Assembly (NCBI GenBank): GCA_038087875.1
Contig: CM075989.1
Location: 24,802,001-24,866,000 of the forward strand
Direction of reading: 5' to 3'
Source: Malacoraja senta
Lineage: Eukaryota
DNA length: 64,000 bases
Position numbers and translations under genes: made by a program. Positions within the stretch are counted from its first letter, which is position 1. Every line of letters starts with the position of its first letter. The notes under the pieces were generated by a model, which did not search any database, had not been told where the DNA came from, and worked only from the letters and a program-made list of their open reading frames with translations. This document shows, piece by piece, positions 1-12,652 of the stretch.

Positions 1-904
1 TCCAGAGATGCTGCCTGTCCCGCTGAGTTACTCCAGCATTTAGTGTCTATCTTCGGTGTAAACCAGCATCTGTAGTTCCTTCCTACACACTACCGGAGAT
101 CCAGGAGGAAAGGTAAATGTGTGTGACTTTCTGTGTGAATATCCTGTATGCCTTGTATGTGACTGATAGGAGTTGCTCTCAAACGTTGCCTATTTCCTTC
201 GCTCCATAGATGCTGCTGCACCTGCTGAGTTTCTCCAGCAATTTTGTCTACCTTCGATTTTCCAGCATCTGCAGTTCCTTCTTGAACGTTACTCTCATGA
301 TGTTGTGGACATGCATTCCAACATCTTGCAGTAGCTTCACATTACTCTAAATTCCCTTATTGCTTTTCCCCAAATGCATTCACTCACACGTTTCTGGATT
401 AAATCCCATTGACTACTTTCTGCCCAAATAGCCAGACTATTTATAACTTCTTGTAGCCTGAAGCTTTCCTACTCATTGTCAAACAATGCTGCCATGTTCT
501 GCTGATTTCTTTATCGTCGTTCTCATCTTTAGATCCAAATCATTCATACATAGTTCTCAAAATGTAAGTGAGTGAGTACTAGTCTCTGTGGAATCCCGTT
601 GGTAAACACCTGCTGTTACTAAAACTCCACCTTCAAACCTTTGTCTCCTGTCTCTGAGCCCGTTTTGGTTCTGTATTGCTACTGTGATTTGGATCTCATG
701 GCCTTTTACCTTCAGGCTTCCGAAAACCCACAGAAACCGCTTCAAACAAAGAGTATTCATTAACCTCCTTACACCTCCACAATGAACACAGTGCTGGAGT
801 AACTCAGTGGGTCAGACAGCATCTCTGGAGAACATGGATAGGTGACGTCTCGGGTCAGGACCCTTCTTCAGTTTTGTTGCCCCTTGGCCACTCTGACTAC
901 ATCA

Positions 905-1035
905 GAGACACACATGCATGCTGTGTTGCATTGCGTGTTTGTGTACAAGCACGCATATTTGTGTGTGCACATGTATATGTATGTACATGTACATGCCAGT
1001 CTGTGTGTGCACATGTACATGCACACGTGTGTGTA
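905..1035. repeat. Imperfect alternating purine-pyrimidine (TG/CA/TA) tract
   Basis: tgtgtgtgcacatgta duplicated. Confidence 0.75.
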
Positions 1036-2830
1036 AGGCAGTGCTTTTCCTGTAGACAACAAGATGCCAGTACACACGTCAATTTAAAATTAAGCCACAT
1101 TTATCAACATTTATTTCCATCCCCTTTACTGTTTTGATTTTGTGACCAATCAACTAATTTAAGAAGCTAATAATTAAATATGACAAGTTCTAAACAAATG
1201 AAAATCCAGCATTGCAGATTTTCAATGGGCCAGTACACCATAGTGAACACAGTGGTGGGGAGATACAGCGATGTAGAGGTAGGTTATAGGTGAAATAAAC
1301 CACCCGGCCCCCTTACTGTGGCTGGAGTCTGGTCAGTAAGTACATCTTGTATTAAAATCCATTTTTACAACTTCTGTTGTGAGTGCCTTTTTTAATAGAT
1401 AGTCTGTAGAAATGGTGCAATGGGCATGATCGAAGCAGAGGGCAATGATTGATTTGTTCTCCACATCATCATTTCATCAACCTGCCATTCTCAAAAGCAT
1501 TAAGTGGTCATAAGGTCCTAAGATCATAAGTGATAGGAGCAGAATTAGGCTATTCGGCCCATCAAGTCTACACTGCCATTCAATGGTCAGCAACATCAGA
1601 AACATTTGCTAATCTCTTACCTCGACGGAGATGCGATTTTTTTCCGTATCGTATCTCTGTCCGCACTGCGGGTTAACATCAAGGAGTTGGCGGCCTTTGC
1701 TGGAGACCGACTTCGGGAGCTCCAATTGAATGTTTATATGAACTTTTAAGTAGTTGTGTGCCTTGTTGTTGTTTTTTTTAGCATGGCTGTATGGTAATTC
1801 GAATTTCACTGTACCTTAATTGGTCCACGTGACAATAAACTGACCTTGAAACCCTTGAAACCTTAAAGATTCAGAACGATTGAGGAAACCATCTGCCACA
1901 AAGGGCAGGAGTGGATAATCTCCAGCAGCTTGGCAGAGACGGTTGGACAAGCCAAACTTTCATCTAACACCCAGAGTTTCACAAAGAAAATTGCCCTGGA
2001 GACCATAGAAAGTAGGAGCGAAATTAAAAGGGAAATTAGGCAACCAAAGAAAACATATGGAAAAATATTGCCAAGTAAAATAAGAAAGTAAATCTTGTGG
2101 TGTTTTAGAATTGTGCAAGCGGATAACTAAGGAAAGAACAGATAGTGTTAGGGAACGGAAATACAAAGCTGTACAGAGGTGGGGGTGTCATCAAAACTCA
2201 ACAAATCTATAATTTGGGGTTTAAGAAGGAACTGCAGATGCTGGAAAATCGAAGGTAGACAAAAATGCTGGAGAAACTCAGTGGGTGAGGCAGCATCTAT
2301 GGAGCGAAGGAAATAGGTGACGTTTCGGGTCGAGACCTTTCTTCTTCAGAAGAAGGGTCTCGACCCGAAACGTCACCTATTCCTTCGCTGCATAGAAGCT
2401 GCCTCACCCGCTGAGTTTCTCCAGCATTTTTATCTACCTATAATTTTGGGTTTGTAAGTTAATTGTCCTCAGTAAATTGTCCCTAGTGTGTAAAGCACAG
2501 ATGATAAAATGGGTTAATGTAGAACAAATTTTAATGGGTGACCGATGGTCGGCATGGACTCGATGGGCCGAAGGGCCTGTTTCCATGTTCTATCTCTAAA
2601 CTAAAGTAAACTAAACTATTGGCTGAAGAAATGTGTCCTCTTTTCAGTCCTAAATGGCCTTCCTTCAAATAAACCATGTGAGCCTGGAGGTTTAGAGGGA
2701 TATGGGCCAAATGCAGGCAGGTGGGACTAGTGTAGATGGCATTTTGGTTGGCCTGGGCAAGTTGGGCTGAAGGGCCCATTTCCCAGCTGTGTGACTAAAT
2801 ACAAACAAATCAAAACTAATAATTAGTCAG

Positions 2831-3282
2831 CTGCTCTACATCGGTGAGACCAAGCGTAGGCTTCCCGATCGCTTCACCGAACACCTCCGCTCGGTTCGCA
2901 GTAACCAACCTGATCTCTCAGTGGCTCAGCACTTCAACTCCCCCTCCCATTCCGAATCCGACTTTTCTATCTTGGGCCTCCTCCATGGTCAGAGTGAGGA
3001 CCACTGGAAATTGGAGGAGCAGCACCTCATATTTCGCTTGGGCAGTTTGTACACCAGCGGTATGAACATTGACTTCTCTAATTTCAGGTAGTCCTTACTT
3101 TCTCCTCCCCTTCTCAGCTCTCCCTCTAGCCCTCTAGCTCCTCCTCTTCCTCTTCCTTTCTTCTTCCGGCCCCCCCACCCTCACATCAGTCTGAAGAAGG
3201 GTTTCGGCCCGAAACATTGCCTATTTCCTTTGCTCCATAGATGCTGTCTCACCCGCTGAGTTTCTGCACCACTTTTGTCTAC
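2831..3282 (+). mobile_element. Penelope-like retroelement 3' fragment: GIY-YIG endonuclease C-terminal part plus 3' tail with hammerhead-like core
   Basis: 2831-3091 reads LLYIGETKRRLPDRFTEHLRSVRSNQPDLSVAQHFNSPSHSESDFSILGLLHGQSEDHWKLEEQHLIFRLGSLYTSGMNIDFSNFR*, with the YIG and downstream R, E and N motifs of GIY-YIG. It is followed by a pyrimidine tract and CTGAAGAAGGG..CCCGAAAC at 3191. Confidence 0.88.
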
Positions 3283-4109
3283 CTAATAATGAGCAGATGC
3301 TTCTGCAGCCCTGCGCTGTGGATTGGATGGCGGACGGTTGAAGCGGCCAATGCCGTTAGTCCACTGTCCATGATAAATGAAAGTCATTCCCTAGAATTGA
3401 AAGGCAAGTTCCAATTAAAAGACTGCATGGTAAGTGGAGCAGATGGTGCACTCTTTGTAGTGCAGTGATTAGTATCTATCTATCTTTCACCACTGTAGCT
3501 CTCAGCATTAACAGCACTCAAAACAGCACCGATTACTTTAATTAAACATACCAAGAGTTATGTTACCAGCAAAAATGGTCCAACGATAACATTTGTTTTT
3601 TTGTTTAACAGTGTGATGAATACCACGCTTGTGTTATTCTGCAGCCCGCCAGGACTCCATCACTAGGTGCCCAGGTAGGGGATGTACCACTGCCAGAACT
3701 TTCACAGGACGCTGAGAATGAAATAGATATGTTCTGTTTTTCTCATTCCTGCAAACCATTGAAGGACTGATAGCAGGAGGGGTCGTACATAGGTTACGTT
3801 ACGTTGCTTGATGGAGTATTGCAGCCTGCAGTGAGTATCTGATTGACCCATGGATTCTTAAACTGAGTAAAGATACTGCATTGATTTTGTTTTTCTCCTC
3901 CAGCTATTTAAAGTGATCAAAGTGATCACATAGAGGCGAGGCTTCATTTGATTCCAGTGACTCTCAGCCAATGGATTATTTACTGGGTGTAAATAACATC
4001 TTGCTGAGTCGTCACTCAGGGTAAGTGGGGTGAGGCTCATTGGTGGCACATCTGTCTGGGAGCCAGGGGTTTGTGATAATGCCCCACACTGGGACCAGTG
4101 CACAATCTA

Positions 4110-5066
4110 CACTGGGCCTGTAGTGCAGCACTGGGCCTGTAGTGCGGCACTGGGCATCTGCAGCACTGGGCCTGTAGTGCAGCGCTGGGCCTGTAGTGCA
4201 GCACTGGGCATCTGCAGCACTGGGCCTGTAGTGCAGCACTGGGCCTGTAGTGCAGCACTGGGTCTGTAGTGCAGCACTGGGTCTGTAGTGCGGCACTGGG
4301 CCTGTAGTGCGGCACTGGGTCTGTAGTGCAGCACTGGGCCTGTAGTGCAGCACTGGGCATCTGCAGCACTGGGCCTGTAGTGCGGCACTGGGCCTGTAGT
4401 GCGGCACTGGGCCTGTAATGCGGCACTGGGCATCTGCAGCACTGGGCCTGTAGTGCGGCACTGGGCATCTGCAGTAACTGGGCCTGTAGTGCAGCACTGG
4501 GCCTGTAGTGCAGCACTGGGCCTGTAGTGCAGCACTGGGCCTGTAGTGCAGCACTGGGCATCTGCAGTAACTGGGCCTGTAGTGCAGCACTGGGCCTGTA
4601 GTGCAGCACTGGGCCTGTAGTGCAGCACTGGGCATCTGCAGCACTGGGCCTCAAGTGCAGCGCTGGGCCTGTAGTGCAGCGCTGGGCCTGTAGTGCGGCA
4701 CTGGGCCTGTAGTGCAGCACTGGGCCTCAAGTGCAGCGCTGGGCCTGTAGTGCAGCACTGGGCCAGTAGTGCGGCACTGGGCCTGTAGTGCGGCACTGGG
4801 CCTGTAGTGCAGCACTGGGCCTGTAGTGCAGCACTGGGCCTGTAGTGCGGCACAGGGCCAGTAGTGCGGCACTGGGCCTGTAGTGCGGCACTGGGCATCT
4901 GCAGCACTGGGCCTGTAGTGCAGCACTGGGCCTGTAGTGCAGCACTGGGCCTGTAGTGCGGCACTGGGCCTGTAGTGCAGCACTGGGCCTGTAGTGTGGC
5001 ACTGGGCCTGTAGTGCGGCACTGGGCCTGTAGTGCAGCACTGGGCCTGTAGTGCAGCGCTGGGCCT
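4110..5066. repeat. 19-bp GC-rich minisatellite (CACTGGGCCTGTAGTGCRG) with interspersed 16-bp variant (CACTGGGCATCTGCAG)
   Basis: About 50 tandem units read directly. Confidence 0.95.
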
Positions 5067-7440
5067 GGAACCACGAGCTGAAAACCGCCTGCTCCCTTAG
5101 CTTAGTTTAGTTTAGTTTAGAGATACAGTATTGAAACAGGTCCTTCGACCCATCAAGTCCGTGCCGACCAGCAATCACCCCGAACATGGTGGTCTTAGGG
5201 TCTGTGTCTGTTTAAGTTACAATTATAAGATTTTGTGTTGTGGGCATTACTTGGTGGAAAGGTACAGAGCCTTAGTTCACTAGAACACAATGTAGGAATT
5301 CCTCCAGCCATATCATCAGTTGTCAATCAAACATTTTAAAGTCTGGTAAAATTGATATTATATTGCTGTTGAATTTTTTCAGCATGGAAACTGGCCCTTT
5401 GGCCCACTGAGTCTGCGCCGACCAGCAATCCCCGCACACTTAACCTACACACTAACAACAGTTTTACATTTACACCAAGTCAATTAACCTACAAACCTGT
5501 ACATCTTTGGGGTGTGGGAGGAAACCGAAGATCTTGGAGAAAACCCAGGTCTCTGGCGCTGTGAGGCAGCAACTCTACCGCTGCGCCTCCGTGCTACCCT
5601 AATCATGCAAGACATACAGTATGAGAAGTGTCACAGTTCACCTTTTATCATTGAGGAATGGCCAGTTGAGGTACTATCCCATGACCACAGGAATTTACTG
5701 AAGACTGACACACTCTACACCGCTTCCCTCTCCCAAGCTATTTATTACTCATCACCATTGTGGAGATCAGACAGAAACATCTGAAAACCATCATCTGACG
5801 GTAATATATCTGATGACAGAATGTGACAGTGGAAGGGAGTGGGGTTGATTTATCTGTGTCGACTAACAGGACTGAGCAGATTTATTAACAATGTGGATTC
5901 CCATTACCTGGGTCTGACATAATGAATGGACCAACTCATTGCTGCTGTGGTTTGAGATTGACAATAGTGACTCATCTCTGGAGACCTGGGCTCGGGTGAG
6001 ACGTGTGTCATTTGTGGTTCCTTTTACCTCCCTGCCTTTGAGTAACCTGACCACTAACTGTGGAGTGAAACTATGAAGGTGATTTGTGAACTTCTACTCC
6101 TCGAAGCAGTAGGCGGAGGGAGAAACTGTATCACCTGTAGCTACAATGGCTGCCTTGTTCAATGATCATCTGTCCACAAATAGTGCGATTCTCATTGTTG
6201 GGTAGAATATATAGAGCTCGCTCATTGATTGCTGTGGTGGGAAGACTCTTACTGGGATGAAGCAGATATAATTGATGGGTGACATGGACTTTCATACAAC
6301 CTTACAGGGGAAGGAAGTTCAGACATAGTACTTTGTCCCTGCCCATTAGGTGTCAAGGATGGTGTTGTAACTAAACACTTTGTGTTTGTACACATCTTCA
6401 ACTTCCAATCTTAGCTACTGCAGTGATTTCAGACTCAGGAAAAGGTTCCCAGCTTCACAGAACAGATAATCGCCAGGTAATCGGTCAAGCAGCCATTATT
6501 GATGCCAAGCAACTTTCTCATCATTCGTAATATGATGTGCTCATTTTTCCTGCAAATGTCAGCATCTGCAGTTGAGCTGATTTTCACAGATTCTGAACAT
6601 TCCTCTAAACCTTTGGCCCCATGAAGACTGGATCACCCACCCGAATTCCCATCTGCCTTCCCTCAATAGTGGCACAACTATTAGAGATGCTGCCTGTGTG
6701 GAGTCTGCATGTTCTCCCTGTGACCAATGACACTATGAAATAACAAGGACACTATGAAATCTTTCCCATCTCACCCTAAACCTATGACCTTTGGTTTTCG
6801 ATGCCCCTATCGTAGGTAAAATACTCTGCACATTCATCCTATCTATTCTCATGATTTTATACACCTCTATAAGATCACCCCTCAGTCTCATGGCCTGCTC
6901 AACCTCTCCCTATAGTTCAGGCCTGGCAACATCCTTGGAAAACCTTTTCTCTTTCCAGCTTAACAACTTCCTTCCTACAGCAAGGTGAACAAAACTGAAC
7001 ACAATAGTCCAAATACAACCTCACCAACATAATGTACAACAGTATCATAACATCCCATCTTGTATACTCAAGACCCTGGCTGACGATAGCCAATGTACCG
7101 CCCTATCTACCTGTGACGCCACGTGCAGGGACTACATACGTACCGGCGCTCCGACATCTCTCCAAGCCCCGCCATTCATCTACTTGCTATTTCCTAATAA
7201 ATTGGAAGAATTTGTTTTTCTCTGGAATTCGTCCATCAAAACAATGACATAAATGAAGCATTTTTCTTCCATAATTTTCAGAGAAAAATCCAAATGAGTC
7301 AAATATACTGAAGTAAACTTGAAGAAAGGATGTTGAGGAATTTCTCTGGTTTACAATATTCAGTGGGCCATTTATGATTCACAGTTGCTAGATAGGGCAC
7401 ATCAAATCTGGTTAACAAATTACCTCACAAAAGGACACCG

Positions 7441-7750
7441 AGTGCTGGAGTAACTCAGCGGGTCAGGCAGCATCTGTGGAGAACATGGATAGGTGACGTT
7501 TCACAGAGTGCTGGAGTAAGTCAGCGGGTCAGGCAGCATCTGTGGAGAACATGGATAGGTGACGTTTCACAGAGTGTTGGAGTAACTCAGTGGGTCAGGC
7601 AGCATCTGTGGAGAACATGGATAGGTGACGTTTCACAGAGTGCTGGAGTAACTCAGTGGGTCAGGCAGCATCTGTGGAGAACATGGATAGGTGACGTTTC
7701 ACAGAGTGCTGGAGTAACTCAGTGGGTCAGGCAGCATCTGTGGAGAACAT
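7441..7750. repeat. 66-bp tandem repeat derived from Penelope tail (~5 units)
   Basis: (agtgctggagtaactcagcgggtcaggcagcatctgtggagaacatggataggtgacgtttcacag)n. Confidence 0.92.
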
Positions 7751-8594
7751 CTCTTGCAATGTTAACTGATTATCGCCCCCTGTAGGCAGAGGATGGCACA
7801 GCGGATATGTTGTCCTGTTGAGTTTCACTGTCCGTATAACCCATTCTCACCTACCCCAACAATAGACCATTTCCTTGATCATCGTTGCTTTTTGCATATC
7901 TTCTATATCTCTGGTTTCCATTTCCCCTGAGTCTGAAGAAGGGTCTCGAACCAAAACGTCACCTATTCCTTTTCTCCAGAGATGCTGCCTGTCCCGCTGG
8001 GTTACTCCAGCACTATCTGTCTGTCTTGGATTTTCATTCAGCTGTGTTCAGGGTTGGTTTGGCATTAACTTTTCTTGCAATTGCTTGCTTTTCTCTAAGC
8101 TTCAAGTTTGTCATTCGCTCAGTACTGTTGTTTGAGACGACTCCTGTCTGACTCTCTGAGTTACTCCAGCACTTTGTGTCCTTTAGTGCATTAACCAGCA
8201 CCTGCAGTTCTTTGTTACATCTCCTTCGTTGTAGTAAACTCTCAATGTCACCTGTGTTAACCGCACCGGCTGTAATTGGGTAATGCAGCTATTATTTTAA
8301 ACCTCAGCTAAAGCCAGGCATCAAGGCTGGCCAAAGTACATTCCTCAGTGGCCAACTACCTGCAGGCTCCTTCTGCCGTTCCAAAAATAGATTGAGACTG
8401 ATCCAGCTGGATTTGTGCATTTTTTTCCTCGAATTTTACGATGTTTCCAATTTCAATTCATTCAACTAACACTCAGAATAAATTAGAATGGAGAACAAGC
8501 AAGCAAGCAGGGTCCGCAAAAATATTTAATGAAGGTGTCGGATCAGATCAACAGACTACAACTGATGTTTTTGTCAAAGCTCGCTGTGCAGAGA

Positions 8595-9449
8595 GTCAAG
8601 TCAAGTCAAGTGAGTTTATTGTCATGTGTCCCTGGTAGGACAATGAAATTCTTGCTTTGCTTGAGCACAACAGAACATAGTAGGCATTGACTACAAGGCA
8701 TTCTATAAATATATACACAATGGTCAATATACTGATAAAGTGCAAATAACAGTATTGGCTAGTAAAGTTCAGTGTTATGTCCGAGCCAGGTTTAATAGCC
8801 TGATGGCTGTGGGGAAGTAGCTGTTCCTGAACCTGGTCGTTGCAGTCTTCAGGCTCCTGTACCTTCTACCTGAAGGTAGTATGGAGATGAGTGTGTGGCC
8901 AGGATGGTGTGGGTCCTTGATGATGCTGCCAGCCTTTTTGAGGCAGCGACTGTGGTAGATCCCCTCGATGGAAGGGAGGTCAGAGCCGATGATGGACTGG
9001 GCAGTGTTTACTACTTTTTGTAGTCTTTCCCTCTCCAGGGCACTCAAGTTGCCGAACCAAGCCTCGATGCAACCGGTCAGCATGCTCTCTACTGTGCACC
9101 TGTAGAAGTTAGAGAGAGTCCTCCTTGACAAACCGACTCTCCGTAATCTTCTCAGGAAGTAGAGGCGCTGATGTGCTTTCTTAATAATGGCATAATTGTT
9201 CTCGGACCAGGAAAGATCTTCAGAGATGTGCACGCCCAGGAATTTGAAGCTCTGGACCCTTTCAACCATCGACCCGTTGATATAAACGGGACTGTGGGTC
9301 CCCATCCTACTCCTTCCAAAGTCCACAATCAGTTCCTTGGTTTTGCTGGTGTTGAGGGCCAGGTTGTTGTGCTGGCACCATATGGACAGTTGCTCGATCT
9401 CTCTTCTATACTCTGACTCATCCCCATCAGTGATAAGTCCCACAACAGT
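8595..9449 (-). mobile_element. 5'-truncated Rex1/Babar-type non-LTR retrotransposon (RT C-terminus + 3' UTR)
   Basis: ORF 8775-9542(-) contains VVGLITDGDESEYRREI..WCQHNNLALNTSKTKELIVDF..AHQRLYFLRRL..RFRNSYFP; (CTTGA)n tail at 8595. Confidence 0.85.
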
Positions 9450-9744
9450 AAGACTTATGTAACAGAGGCACATGGAACTGCAGATGCTGGAATACTTAGC
9501 AAAACACAAAGTGCTGGAGGAACACAGCGGGTCAGGCAGCATCTTGGCAGGGGATGGGCAGGCGACATTTCAGATTGGGACCATTCTTCAGATTCTATAA
9601 TATTCTACTTACAAAAGGAAAATGAATAGGTGATCTTGAAAGTGTTATCTTCACACAGCCATGTCCATTGACTCCCCGTGAGGGACCTTAGGTGCACTTC
9701 AAATGCACTTAGCTGCACTTTGCAACAGGCAAAACATACCGAAT

Positions 9745-9990
9745 AGTGAAAGGCTTGGATAGAGTAGATGTGGAGACGATGTTTCCACTGGTGGGAGAGT
9801 CTAGGACCAGAGGGCATAGCCTCAGAATAAAAGGATGTACCTTTAGAAAGGAGATGAGGAAGAATTTCTTTAGTCAGAGGGTGGTGAATCTGTGGAATTC
9901 ATTGCCACAGACGGCTTTGGAGGCCAAGTCATTGGATATTTTTAAAGCAGAGATTGACAAATTCTTGATTGGTACGGGCATCAAATGTTA
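9745..9990 (+). mobile_element. CR1 LINE 3' fragment
   Basis: KGLDRVDVETMFPLVGESRTRGHSLRIKG..FFSQRVVNLWNSLP. Confidence 0.85.
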
Positions 9991-10042
9991 CATGCTGGTT
10001 TGTCCCCACTGCTGCCAATTAGGAACTGCATACTCTCACTAA

Positions 10043-10373
10043 AAGCCCTGTCCCACAGTACGAGTTCATTCCAAGAGTTCTCCCGAGTTTGCCCTGATTC
10101 AAACTCGGAGATTTACGGTAATGGCTACTCGTCGGTACTGGGGGCTCTCGTGGACATTTTTCAACATGTTGAAAAATCTTCACGAGTCTTCCCGTGCTTA
10201 CCTGCCGTTAGCGAGTCTTCCCGAGTACCTGCCGTTAGTGTTACGATCCGCTAAGAGACATCCCCGAGCTCTGACGTAACCGCTACATTCATTCTCCGTG
10301 CTTACCACGAGTTTCTTTTTTTTTTTTACTCGGGAGAGCTCTTGGAATGAACTCGTACCGTGGGACAGGGCTT
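10043..10373. mobile_element. PIF/Harbinger-like MITE
   Basis: ~40-bp TIRs AAGCCCTGTCCCAC..GTGGGACAGGGCTT, flanked by TAA/TAA. Confidence 0.8.
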
Positions 10374-12351
10374 TAACTCTCTCACTCTCACAGCTGCCTG
10401 ACTGGTTAGCACGCAAGAAAAGCTTTTCACTGTACCTCGGTACACGAGACAATAAACTGAACTGTTCAGCAGGAAGAATTACCGCTCACCAGGACGAGTA
10501 ATCGTGCTTCAAGATTAATAAGAGTGGGAGCCTGTTGATCTGATTCCACTTGTTTATTAAATCGTTTCTGCAGATCACGCTTGCTAGTTCTCTGCTCTAA
10601 TTTAATGTGAGTGTTATCTGAATGAAATGCACGGGAAAAGCATCATAAAACCCGAGGCAACTGTACAATCTCCAGATGGACCAATCTCCAGTTACATCTG
10701 ACTGTTGTTAGGATCCCTCAAATATTTGATGCCTTCTAGCACTGCTCAGTCCAATCGTTGAGGTCTACATTGAATGAGTAGGCAAATAGAATCATAGAGA
10801 CACAGGCCCTTCGGCCCGACTCGTCCATGCCAACCAAGATGCCCCATCTAAGTTAGTTCCATCCAAGATAGAAGGATATTTGCATACTTCAAACATTCTG
10901 CACAAACCAGTTCTGCTGAGACCAGGGTGCATTGAAGCAGGGACCAGGGAAGCATTCCATGAATGGTCCAACGAGGTTGGGAAGTGACCAAAGTCACACA
11001 GGTAGAAACAAGGAGCTGCAGAGGCTGGTAAACAGCATCACGGGGAAAACAGGTGATGTTTCGGGTTGGACCCGTGTCTGAGGAAGGATCCCAACCCGAA
11101 ACGTCACCTCTCCATGGATGCTGCCTGACCCACCGAGTTACCCCAGCACTTTGTGTCTACTGTTTAAGCTACACTGGTGCTGGGGGAATACAGGGAGAGG
11201 CACAACGTCCTGGTGAAGTCGTCCACACATGCTCCTTGATTATGTGCAGGATTCCTAAAGCACAGAAACCAAGGTATTGTGTACAGATTGCTAAAGATTT
11301 GGCATGGAACATATGTCAAGATAGAAGCAGTGACCGTCAGGGCCAACTGTGGACACCTGGCAGAGGGCAGCAATGCCTCACCCCCCTCCTCCTCCTCCTC
11401 CTACTCACTGGGACAATAAGCTGCAGACAAGCTCTGTTCACATTTGGGTAGCAAGAGTGACCTCTAGTGCACTAAATAGAAGGCAGCCTGAAGCTCTAAA
11501 GCCTCAAAGTTGCAGTGTGTAGTACTGGATTTTTAATCTGCCATATAATCAATTTCTATGAAAAATCAATTAAATCAGAACGGTGGCGCAGCGGGTAGAG
11601 CTGCTGCCTCACAGCGCCAGAGACCAGGGTTCTATCCTGACTATGGGCGCTGTCTGTACAGAGTTTGTATGTTATCCACATACACTGAACTTTTCTCTCT
11701 CGTTTATTATATTATTTACAGTGTACTATGTTTACATATTGTGTTGTGCAGCAGCAAGTGAAAATGTCATTGTTCTACTTGGGACATATGACAATAAAAC
11801 ACTCATCTAGAAGAGCACTGAAATTGCCCAAACATTGGCAGCTGAGGAACAAGTATGGGGAAGGTGGGATAGTATGGATGGGAATGGCCCACAGGACAGA
11901 TTGGGCTCATGGATCCCTGTCTGTGTTACAAATATAACAACGTGATGAGGAGACGCACGCACACAGAAGATCCAGGAGTTACGGGTGTCAGAGGTTATGG
12001 GGAGAAGGCAGGAGAATGTACTACATGAAATCAATATTTCAATTAATCAATATCACCTGAGACTGCCCTTCTGGTTATCAATACTATCTTTGCTCATCTC
12101 ACCTGCTAACTTGCTGGTCATAACTGCTGCCTTCATCTCTGAACTGTAACCATGTATAACATACATGCCATGTCACCCCTGTTACAGGCGTCCAGTCACC
12201 AACACCATCTTCCAACCATCAACAAGCACATTTTGGATCCCGTTTGCAACTTAGAAGGAGGGTGCCGTTGACGTGAGATGTGCCGGGGACGTGCAGAGTG
12301 CTACCGCAACCAATGATCACAAGGGTACAGCATCCTACTTCCATCAATGAA

Positions 12352-12652
12352 CTTGTTTAGCTTAGAGATACAGCGCGGAAACATGCCCCTCGGCCCACCG
12401 GGTCTGCGCCGACCAGCGATCCCCGCACATGGACACCACCCTACACTCACATTTATACCAAGTCAATTAACCTACAAACCTGCACGTCTTTGGAGTGTGG
12501 GAGGAAACCAAAGATCTCGGAGAAAACCCACGCAGGTCACGGGGAGAACGTGCAAACTCCGTACAGACAGCACCCGTAGTCGGGATTGAACCCGGGTCTC
12601 TGGCGCTGCATTCGCTGTAAGGCAGCAACTCTACCGCTGAGCCACCGTGACC
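12352..12652 (-). mobile_element. tRNA-derived V-SINE (HE1-like), near full length
   Basis: Pol III A box TGGCTCAGCGG and B box GGTTCAATCC, V-domain gtctgtacggagtttgcacgttctccccgtgacc, CR1-like tail ending in (CTAAA)n. Confidence 0.85.

Noticed and set aside
4012..5074. Overlapping Cys-rich repetitive ORFs; CRISPR-like palindromic repeat
   Set aside because: Units are contiguous with no unique spacers, there are no cas genes and the context is vertebrate: a minisatellite.
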